Of a stretch of DNA of 24,000 bases, positions 16,166 to 22,915 are shown piece after piece. Numbering within the stretch: position 1 is the stretch's first letter; each line of letters begins with the position of its first letter. Made by a program: the position numbers and the translations under genes. Source of the DNA: Streptomyces sp. NPDC050704 (GTDB taxonomy: Bacteria > Actinomycetota > Actinomycetes > Streptomycetales > Streptomycetaceae); NCBI RefSeq assembly GCF_040654355.1, contig NZ_JBFAHW010000110.1, positions 1 to 24,000 of the forward strand, written 5' to 3'. The notes under the pieces are model-generated. The model saw only the letters and a list, made by a program, of their open reading frames with translations, ran no database searches and was not told where the DNA came from.

Positions 16166-16338
16166 GGCTGGGGGGCTCCCTTTGCTCCGGTGTCTTCTTC
16201 TTGTTTGACCCTTTGACTCTTCGTGGGGGTCGGAATGTGACATCGGGGGGAGTTTTGGCTGGTCGGGGGTGGGGTGGGGGCTCGTGGGGTGCGGGGGCGT
16301 GGGAGGGGATTGTCAGTGGGGACGTGCAGGATGGGGGG

Positions 16339-17043
16339 ATGGCGAGCAGAGCGGTGAAGCAGGCAGGGGCGAAGAAGAAGGTAGGGGTGAAGGGGGCGCG
16401 GCGGCCTGAGGTGCGGTTGCCGCCGCTTGTGCCGTACGGGGGTGGTGGGCTGGAGCCGGACGGGGACTATGACGGGCTTGAGTTCAGTGCGGTGGACTTC
16501 GTGGGGCAGGACGGTGCGGGGGCGCGGTTCATGGACTGTGCGCTGACCGGGTGTGCGCTGGATGAGACGCGGCTGCATCATGCGCGCGTGCTCGACTCCG
16601 TGCTTACGGGGATACGGGGGGTCGGGACCGATTTCGCGTCGGCGACGTTCCGTGATGTGGAGCTGGTTGATGCGCGGTTGGGCGGGGTGCAGGTGCATGG
16701 GGCTGTGCTGGAGCGGGTGGTGGTGCGTGGGGGGAAGATCGATTATTTGAATCTGCGGGAGGCACGGCTCCGGGATGTGGTGTTCGAGGGGTGTGTGCTT
16801 GTTGAGCCGGACTTCGCGGGGGCTCGGTTGGAGCGGGTGGAGTTTGTGGACTGTGTGCTGAAGGGGGCGGACTTCAGTGGGGTGTCGTTGACGGATGTTG
16901 ATCTGCGGCGGGCTGCGGAGCTGGATTTTGTGCGGGGGGTTGATCGGCTGGCGGGGGCGGTGATCAGTCCGGGGCAGTTGGTGGAGTTGGCGGGGGTTTT
17001 TGCTGCGGAGATGGGGGTGCGGGTGGTGGGGTTGGGGGAGTGA
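16339..17043 (+). CDS. pentapeptide-repeat protein (MfpA/Qnr-like fold)
   Basis: 234 aa from the ATG at 16339 (MASRAVKQAG...). After a basic N-terminal ~50 aa, about 150 aa show A(D/N)LxX-type five-residue periodicity (e.g. GADFSGVSLTDVDLRRA, EPDFAGARLERVEFVDCVLKG). Confidence 0.8.
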   Translation: MASRAVKQAGAKKKVGVKGARRPEVRLPPLVPYGGGGLEPDGDYDGLEFSAVDFVGQDGAGARFMDCALTGCALDETRLHHARVLDSVLTGIRGVGTDFASATFRDVELVDARLGGVQVHGAVLERVVVRGGKIDYLNLREARLRDVVFEGCVLVEPDFAGARLERVEFVDCVLKGADFSGVSLTDVDLRRAAELDFVRGVDRLAGAVISPGQLVELAGVFAAEMGVRVVGLGE

Positions 17044-17113
17044 GGGGGCGCGTCGCTACCGCTCGGTTTGGCTCGGCTCGGTTGGGGGCGCGGTGCCGTT
17101 CGTTGTGGGGTCG

Positions 17114-17228
17114 GGGCCGTGCCGGTACGTCGAGTCCGCCGCCCTCCGGGTGTACGGCTGTCAGTTTTGACGGGAGCCGTTGATTGCAGGAGCCCTACGC
17201 GGCGGACTGCGACGTACCGGCACGGCCC
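17114..17228. repeat. long imperfect inverted repeat (29/30-nt arms, 17114-17142 and 17199-17228) enclosing an inner hairpin (17155-17179)
   Basis: Read directly. Left arm GGGCCGTGCCGGTACGTCGAGTCCGCCGC, right arm GCGGCGGACTGCGACGTACCGGCACGGCCC (one extra G). Inner stem CGGCTGTCA/TGAC..AGCCG. Lies between convergent stops at 17043 and 17277. Confidence 0.8.
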
Positions 17229-17276
17229 GCTCCCGTTTGTACGGCGGGTGCGGGTGCGTTCGCCCTGCGGTGGCGG

Positions 17277-17777
17277 TCAGGGGAGCCTGGGGAAGCGGGA
17301 CTCCAGTGTCCAGATGGCCGGGTTCTCGCGGAGTGCGTCGTGCATGTCGGTGAGGTCGGCCAGGAGGTCGTGGAGGAAGTCTCTGGACTCTCGGCGGAGT
17401 TCGGTGTGGGAGAAGGTCAGGGGCGGCTCGTCGGAGCGCATCCAGTCGGCCTCGATGTCGACCCAGCCGAAGCGGCGCTCGAAGAGCATGCGGTCGGTGG
17501 ACTCGGTGAAGTCCAGTTCGGCGTGCTGGGGGCGGGCGGCGCGGCTGCCGAGGGGGTCCTGGTCGAGCTGCTCGACGATGTCGCAGAGTGCCCATGCGAA
17601 GTCGAGTACCGGTACCCATCCCCAGGCTGTGGACAACTCCCGGTCCGCCTTCGTGTCGGCCAGGTACACGTCCCCGCAGAATAGGTCGTGCCGCAGCGTG
17701 TGGACGTCCGCGCGGCGGTAGTCGGTCTGCGGGGGATCGGGGAAGCGGGAGGAGAGGGCGTAGCCGATGTCGAGCAC
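17277..17777 (-). CDS. hypothetical protein, no family recognised
   Basis: The ORF has good codon-position-3 G/C from about 17777 downward (VLDIGYALSSRFPDPPQTDY...WGWVPVLDFAWALCDIVEQL...). The start is uncertain: GTG at 17777 is favoured and GTG at 17810 is possible. The track start at 17963 is rejected because that part is Pro-rich and antisense to the peptidase signal peptide. Confidence 0.5.
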   Translation of the reverse strand: MLDIGYALSSRFPDPPQTDYRRADVHTLRHDLFCGDVYLADTKADRELSTAWGWVPVLDFAWALCDIVEQLDQDPLGSRAARPQHAELDFTESTDRMLFERRFGWVDIEADWMRSDEPPLTFSHTELRRESRDFLHDLLADLTDMHDALRENPAIWTLESRFPRLP

Positions 17778-17814
17778 GTGGGTGATGGTGTCATGTCGTC
17801 TTAGGATCACCGGC

Positions 17815-19233
17815 GTGCCCCGATCTGTGACTGTTGTCGCCTTCGCTGTGCTGGGTGTTCTCGTCCTCGGTGCGTGTGAGGGAGAGGTGCGGGGTGGTGA
17901 GGGGGCTTCCGGTGTGGGGGATCCGTATTTTCCGAAGGCGGGTAATGGTGGGTATGACGTCACGCATTACGGCCTGACTCTCGACTATGACCCCGAGGTG
18001 CGTCGGCTGACGGGGGAGGCGGAGATCGAGGCGAGGGCGGAGGAGGAGCTGAGTGCCTTCAGTCTTGATCTCAAGGGGATGGAGGTCGAGTCGGTGGAGG
18101 TGGGGGGCGAGGATGCTCGCTTCGATCGGAGTGGGGGTGGGGGTGGGGGGCAGGAGTTGGTTGTTCGGCCGGCCGGAGGTCTTGGGGAGGGTGATGTCTT
18201 CACGACTGTCGTCCGTTACTCCGGGAGGCCGGTGACCGTCACCGATCCGGACGGGTCGGAGGAGGGCTGGTTGCGGACTGCGGATGGTGCCCTCGCGCTG
18301 GGGGAGCCCGTTGGGTCGATGGCGTGGTTTCCCGGTAATCACCACCCGAGTGACAAGGCGACGTACGACATCACGGTGAGTGTGCCGGAGGGGCTGAAGG
18401 CCGTTTCCAACGGGGAGTTGCGGAGTTCGGAGACGGAGGGGGGCCGTGCCACTTTCGTCTGGCATGTCGGGGAGCCGATGGCCTCGTACGTGGCGACGGT
18501 CGCGGTGGGGGAGTTCGAGACGCGGGTGTCGAAGACCGGGGACGGTCTGCCGGTGTACGTGGCCGTTGATCCGGGGGAGGTGAAGGCGAGTGCCGAGGTG
18601 CTGGCCCGTATTCCCGAGGTTGTGGAGTGGGCGGAGCTGAACTTCGGGCCGTATCCCTTCTCGTCGACCGGTGCGATCGTCGATCGGGAGGGTGACGCGG
18701 GGTACGCCCTGGAGACCCAGAACCGGCCGGTCTTTCCCGGCGCGCCCGGTATCGGTCTCCTCGTCCACGAGCTGGCGCACCAGTGGTACGGGAACTCCGT
18801 GACGCCCGAGTCCTGGCGGGACATGTGGCTCAACGAGGGCTTCGCGACGTACGCCGAGTGGTTGTGGGACGAGGACCACGGCGGGGACTCGGCCCAGGAT
18901 GTCTTCGACGCGCTCTACGAAGGTGACTACTTCGACAGCGAGGCGGAGGAGGCGGCCGTGTGGGCCTTTCCGCCCGCTGAACCGTCGAGTGCCGCGCATC
19001 TCTCCGACAGTCCGGTGTACGAGCGGGGCGCCATGGTGCTCCACAAGGTCCGCCAGACGGTTGGCGATGAGATTTTTTACGAGATCCTTCGGGGCTGGGC
19101 GGGGGCCCATCGGCACGGCAACGCGGACACGGCCGACTTCACGGCGTACGTGGAGAAGAAGGCGCCGGGGGAGGACTTCTCGGGGATCTGGGCGGAGTGG
19201 TTGTACGGGGAGGGGAAGCCCGCCAAGCCCTGA
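17815..19233 (+). CDS. M1-family zinc metallopeptidase (aminopeptidase N-like), predicted lipoprotein
   Basis: HEXXH-X18-E signature (HELAHQWYGNSVTPESWRDMWLNEGFATY). N-terminal lipoprotein-type signal with lipobox (VVAFAVLGVLVLGAC). Start placed at the GTG at 17815, 8 nt after AGGA. ATG at 17767 or 17785 are alternatives. Confidence 0.85.
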   Translation: MPRSVTVVAFAVLGVLVLGACEGEVRGGEGASGVGDPYFPKAGNGGYDVTHYGLTLDYDPEVRRLTGEAEIEARAEEELSAFSLDLKGMEVESVEVGGEDARFDRSGGGGGGQELVVRPAGGLGEGDVFTTVVRYSGRPVTVTDPDGSEEGWLRTADGALALGEPVGSMAWFPGNHHPSDKATYDITVSVPEGLKAVSNGELRSSETEGGRATFVWHVGEPMASYVATVAVGEFETRVSKTGDGLPVYVAVDPGEVKASAEVLARIPEVVEWAELNFGPYPFSSTGAIVDREGDAGYALETQNRPVFPGAPGIGLLVHELAHQWYGNSVTPESWRDMWLNEGFATYAEWLWDEDHGGDSAQDVFDALYEGDYFDSEAEEAAVWAFPPAEPSSAAHLSDSPVYERGAMVLHKVRQTVGDEIFYEILRGWAGAHRHGNADTADFTAYVEKKAPGEDFSGIWAEWLYGEGKPAKP

Positions 19234-19263
19234 GGAGTCCGGTTGGGCTGCGGGGGTTCTTCT

Positions 19264-19776
19264 CTAGTTCAGGATCTTGCGGAGTACCGCGCAGGGGCGG
19301 CCCAGTTGGCGGTCCTTGCGGTGGCCGATGATCTCGTATCCGAGTGCGGTCCAGAAGGCGAGTGCCTTGGGGTTGTTGTCGAGTGCCGCGAGTCGTACGG
19401 CGTTCCGGTCGGCCGACCGGAACCGTTCCTCGATGGCTGTCGCCAGCTTGCGTCCGTATCCCTGCCGTTGCTCTGCCGCGTCCACGAGGAGCAGGCCGAT
19501 CCACGGGTCCGGGTCGGTGGGGTCGGGGTGGTGGGTGAGGGTGATCGCCACCCCTACGAGCCGTCCGGTGCTGCGGGCGAGCAGCACCTCCACGTCCGGG
19601 TTCACGAACTCGTCGGCGAGGGCGGTGGCGACCTGCTCCGGGCGGATGTCGTCCGGGTCGGGGAAGTCGCCGCTCAGGGCGTAGAAGTCGCGGTTGGAGG
19701 CGTAGAGGGCGGTGAGTTCGGTGAGCAGTTCGCCGGGGAGGGCGCCGTCCACGGGGGTGAGGCGTTCGAGGATCAC
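19264..19776 (-). CDS. GNAT-family N-acetyltransferase
   Basis: 170 aa with GTG start. Acetyl-CoA motif VDAAEQRQGYGRKLA. C-terminal ALAFWTALGYEI. Confidence 0.8.
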   Translation of the reverse strand: MILERLTPVDGALPGELLTELTALYASNRDFYALSGDFPDPDDIRPEQVATALADEFVNPDVEVLLARSTGRLVGVAITLTHHPDPTDPDPWIGLLLVDAAEQRQGYGRKLATAIEERFRSADRNAVRLAALDNNPKALAFWTALGYEIIGHRKDRQLGRPCAVLRKILN

Positions 19777-19863
19777 GCCGGGCAGGTTAGCCGCGTCGCG
19801 TGGGTTCCGGCGGGGGTGGGGGCGGAGGTTGTGGGCGGGAGGAGAGTCTCCCGGCCGGTACGG

Positions 19864-19902
19864 GAAGAGCCCCCGGCCCGGGTGTCCGGGTGGGGGCTCT
19901 TC
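19864..19902 (-). terminator. terD terminator hairpin
   Basis: 11-bp stem GAAGAGCCCCC/GGGGGCTCTTC with a nested CCCGG/CCGGG stem, 38 nt downstream of the terD stop on the minus strand. Confidence 0.65.
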
Positions 19903-19939
19903 TCGACCGCTGTGTGCGGGGACTGCTGGGTACTACGGC

Positions 19940-20515
19940 TCAGACGTTGACGCCGAAGTCCTGGGCGATGCCCACCAGGCCGGAGGCGTAGCCCTGGCCG
20001 ACGGCGCGGAACTTCCACTCGGCGCCGTTGCGGTAGAGCTCGCCGAAGACCATGGCGGTCTCGGTGGCCGCGTCCTCGGAGAGGTCGTAGCGGGCGATCT
20101 CGGCGCCGCCGGCCTCGTTCAGGATGCGGATGTAGGCGTTGCGGACCTGGCCGAAGTTCTGCGAGCGGTTCTCCGCGTCGTAGATCGAGACCGGGAAGAC
20201 GATCTTGTCGATCTCGGCCGGGAGGCCCGCGAGGTTGACCTTGATCGCCTCGTCGTCGCCGGCACCTTCACCCGTGCGGTTGTCGCCCGTGTGGACGATC
20301 GTCTTGTCCGGGGTCTCCTTGTTGTTGAAGAAGACGAAGTGTCCGTCCGAGTAGACCTTGCCCTCAAGGTTGACCGCGATGGCCGAGGCGTCCAGGTCGA
20401 AGTCGGTGCCCGTGGTGGTGCGGACGTCCCAGCCGAGGCCCACGGTGACGGCGGTCAGGCCCGGAGCCTCCTTGGTGAGCGAGACGTTGCCACCCTTGGA
20501 CAGGCTTACAGCCAT
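19940..20515 (-). CDS. terD: TerD-family stress (tellurium-resistance-like) protein
   Basis: 191 aa from the ATG at 20515 ([20 protein letters not shown]...), preceded by GGGAAGGGA. Ca-binding motif [14 protein letters not shown]-terminal [13 protein letters not shown]. Confidence 0.92.
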   Translation of the reverse strand: MAVSLSKGGNVSLTKEAPGLTAVTVGLGWDVRTTTGTDFDLDASAIAVNLEGKVYSDGHFVFFNNKETPDKTIVHTGDNRTGEGAGDDEAIKVNLAGLPAEIDKIVFPVSIYDAENRSQNFGQVRNAYIRILNEAGGAEIARYDLSEDAATETAMVFGELYRNGAEWKFRAVGQGYASGLVGIAQDFGVNV

Positions 20516-20709
20516 TGTTGGGAGTCCCTTCCCTCGTTGCGTACGTGCGTGGTGCTCGTACGTTTGGGCTTCGTACGGGCACGAAGCTACAGCTACCCCT
20601 ATGAACGCCGTGCGGCGAACCAAGGTTCCAGCTCTCTTTACTATCTTTACCTTCGCGCTGCGGAGGCGCGGTGAAAAACGGGTGACGTGAGCCGGTCACA
20701 CACGCGACC

Positions 20710-21147
20710 ATGGACCCCATGTCCGGTCCCCACGTCATTCGCGGCTCCGTCTCGCTTCCCGAGGCCGAGCTCATGTGGCGTTTCTCGCGTTCCTCCGGAC
20801 CCGGTGGACAGCACGTCAACACGTCCGACTCCCAGGTCGAGCTGCGGTTCGACCTCGCGAAGACGGAGGCGCTGCCGCCGGTGTGGAAGGAGCGGGCCCT
20901 CGACAGGTTGGCCGGGCGGCTCGTCGACGGGGTCGTCAGCGTGCGCGCCTCCGAGCACCGGTCGCAGTGGCGGAACCGGGAGACCGCGGCCGTACGGCTC
21001 GCTTCCCTGCTCGCCGAGGCCACCGCCCCGCCGCCCAAGCCGCGCCGGGCCACCCGTATCCCCCGCGGGATCAACGAGCGCCGGCTGCGGGAGAAGAAGC
21101 AGCGGTCGGACACCAAGCGGGGGCGCGGCGGTCGGGGCTGGGATTAG
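20710..21147 (+). CDS. arfB: alternative ribosome-rescue factor ArfB (peptidyl-tRNA hydrolase, class I RF domain)
   Basis: 145 aa. GGQ motif (SSGPGGQHVNTSDS) and a basic C-terminal tail (RRLREKKQRSDTKRGRGGRG). Confidence 0.88.
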   Translation: MDPMSGPHVIRGSVSLPEAELMWRFSRSSGPGGQHVNTSDSQVELRFDLAKTEALPPVWKERALDRLAGRLVDGVVSVRASEHRSQWRNRETAAVRLASLLAEATAPPPKPRRATRIPRGINERRLREKKQRSDTKRGRGGRGWD

Positions 21148-21197
21148 GGCCCGGGGGCTCTGGGCCCGGTAGGGCAGCGGCTGTCGGCGCGAAGGGC

Positions 21198-21224
21198 TGT
21201 CACATTCGTGGTCCGCGATCCGTC
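21198..21224 (+). promoter_or_regulatory. ECF41-type promoter motif TGTCACA-N16-CGTC
   Basis: TGTCACA at 21198-21204, exactly 16 nt of spacer, CGTC at 21221-21224. Lies 37 nt upstream of the sigma-factor ATG. Matches the ECF41 target-promoter motif as I recall it from Wecke et al. 2012. Confidence 0.6.
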
Positions 21225-21260
21225 AACGCATCGACGGACTGCGGCGAGGAGATGTGACGG

Positions 21261-22178
21261 ATGAGCGGCAACGAAGAACGTGGGCACGGGAGCCGGAGCG
21301 AGAAGGAGTTTCTCGCCGAGCGGTTCGAGGCGCATCGCGGGCATCTGCGGGCGGTCGCCTATCGCATGCTCGGGTCGCTCTCCGAGGCCGACGACGCCGT
21401 GCAGGAGGCCTGGTTCAAGCTGAGCCGGTCGGACACCGGCGGCGTCCAGAACCTGGGCGGCTGGCTGACCACCGTGGTCGGGCGGGTCTGCCTGGACATG
21501 CTCCGCACCCGCCGGACCCGGCACGAGGAGCCCCTGGACGACCTGGACGCCCGGGGCGTACGCGCACCGGAGCCGCTCGTCAGCTCCGCGAGCGGTGTCG
21601 ATCCCGAGCAGGAGGTGCTCCTCGCCGACTCGGTGGGCCTCGCCCTGCTCGTCGTCCTGGAGACGCTGACCCCCGCCGAACGGCTCGCCTTCGTGCTGCA
21701 CGACCTGTTCGCGGTGCCGTACGAGGAGGTCGCGCCCGTTGTGGGGCGTACGCCGACAGCGGCCCGGCAGCTCGCCAGCCGTGCCCGGCGGCGGGTCCAG
21801 GGTGGGGCGCCCGCTCCCGACGCGGACCCTGCGCGGCAGCGGGAGGTCGTCGATGCGTTCCTTGCTGCCGCGCGTGACGGTGACTTCGACGGGCTGGTGG
21901 CGGTTCTTGCGCCGGACGTTGTGGTGCGGTCCGGGGCGGTGGTTGTTCGGGGGGCGGCGGATGTGGCGGCGGGGGCTCAGACGTATGCGCATCTGGCCCG
22001 GGTTTCCCGGCCCGCTCTGGTCAACGGGGTGGCGGGGGTTGTCGTGGTCGAGGGTGGGCGGGCGGTGAGGGTGCTTGCGTTCACGGTCGCGGACGGTCGT
22101 ATCGCCGCGATCGACATGGTCTCCGACCCTGGCTTGCTCGACCGCCTTGACCTGACGGTCCTTGATGTCGACGGCTGA
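21261..22178 (+). CDS. ECF sigma factor with fused C-terminal SnoaL/NTF2-like extension (ECF41/SigJ-like)
   Basis: 305 aa. Region 2 (HLRAVAYRMLGSLSEADDAVQEAW), region 4 (LTPAERLAFVLHDLFAVPYEEVAPVVGRTPTAARQLASRARRRV), then a ~100-aa extension (REVVDAFLAAARDGDFDGLVAVLAPDVV...). No adjacent anti-sigma ORF. GAGGAG lies 9 nt upstream of the ATG. Confidence 0.85.
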   Translation: MSGNEERGHGSRSEKEFLAERFEAHRGHLRAVAYRMLGSLSEADDAVQEAWFKLSRSDTGGVQNLGGWLTTVVGRVCLDMLRTRRTRHEEPLDDLDARGVRAPEPLVSSASGVDPEQEVLLADSVGLALLVVLETLTPAERLAFVLHDLFAVPYEEVAPVVGRTPTAARQLASRARRRVQGGAPAPDADPARQREVVDAFLAAARDGDFDGLVAVLAPDVVVRSGAVVVRGAADVAAGAQTYAHLARVSRPALVNGVAGVVVVEGGRAVRVLAFTVADGRIAAIDMVSDPGLLDRLDLTVLDVDG

Positions 22179-22262
22179 GTGAGCGTCTTTGGGGGCTGGG
22201 CTCGGAGGGTGGTTCGTCGGCTGCGGGCCGTGGGGGCTGGGCGCGCAGTTCCCCGCGCCCTT

Positions 22263-22294
22263 GGCTGGAGGCGCCCTGACGGGCGCCTCCAGCC
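22263..22294. terminator. bidirectional terminator between sigma factor and flavin reductase
   Basis: Perfect 14-bp stem GGCTGGAGGCGCCC/GGGCGCCTCCAGCC with loop TGAC. Ends 2 nt from the flavin reductase stop codon. Confidence 0.7.
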
Positions 22295-22296
22295 TC

Positions 22297-22860
22297 CTAT
22301 CCCAACTGGCGGTAACGGCCCCGGAAGTACGTCAGTGGGCCGGTCTCGCCCCCCGGCGCCCCCGCCGTCAGCACTCGGCCGATCACCAGGGTGTGGTCGC
22401 CTGCCCTCACTACCTGTTCCGTTCGGCATTCCAGGGTGGCCAGGGCGCCGTGGACGAGGAGGGCGCCGGACGTCTCGCCGCGTTCGTAGGGGACGTCCTC
22501 GAAGAGGAGGCGGTCGGAGATGCGGTTCTTCATGGCGAAGCGGCTCGCGATGTGGCTCTGGTTCTCGGCGAGGACGGAGACGGCCCAGAGGGGCTGTTCG
22601 TCGAGGAGGTCGTCCATGCGGGAGCCCTCGCGGAGGCTGATCAGGACCAGCGGAGGATCGAGGGAGACGGACATGAAGGAGGTGGCCGTCATGCCGATGT
22701 CCTCGCCGCTCGGGCCCTGGGGATCGGTCTGTGCCTCGTGCGCGGTCACCAGCACCACGCCCGCGGCCAGCCGGGACATGGCGGCGCGGAACTCGTCGTT
22801 GCTCACCCCATCAGCATGCACGGATGGGACGGGAGGAGCGGAAGGGGGAGTGTTCAGCAC
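22297..22860 (-). CDS. flavin reductase family protein (FMN-binding split-barrel)
   Basis: 187 aa. FRAAMSRLAAGVVLVT and MTATSFMSVSLDPPLVLISL are typical of the flavin-reductase-like domain. ATG start. Confidence 0.85.
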   Translation of the reverse strand: MLNTPPSAPPVPSVHADGVSNDEFRAAMSRLAAGVVLVTAHEAQTDPQGPSGEDIGMTATSFMSVSLDPPLVLISLREGSRMDDLLDEQPLWAVSVLAENQSHIASRFAMKNRISDRLLFEDVPYERGETSGALLVHGALATLECRTEQVVRAGDHTLVIGRVLTAGAPGGETGPLTYFRGRYRQLG

Positions 22861-22915
22861 GGGAAAACGCTAGTCTCCGGTCGGCGTACGACACATCGGA
22901 CCAAGGCCCGAAGCG

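Noticed and set aside
13706-16216. 836-aa + strand ORF, the longest in the track.
   Set aside because: It is antisense to two recognisable enzyme genes, the quinone reductase at 13817-14812 and the FAD oxidoreductase at 14903-16165. Its translation is Gly/Ala/Arg/Val low-complexity with no motifs. This is a typical shadow ORF in high-GC DNA.
20601-20690. Small ORFs in intergenic regions: a 29-aa [29 protein letters not shown] upstream of arfB, and a 25-aa MSHKFALSKRPAKTRKLYSIVHVLL at 22969-23046.
   Set aside because: Neither has a Shine-Dalgarno sequence. Third-position G/C is low compared with real genes here. They lie in promoter-like AT-richer DNA. There is not enough evidence to call them leader peptides.
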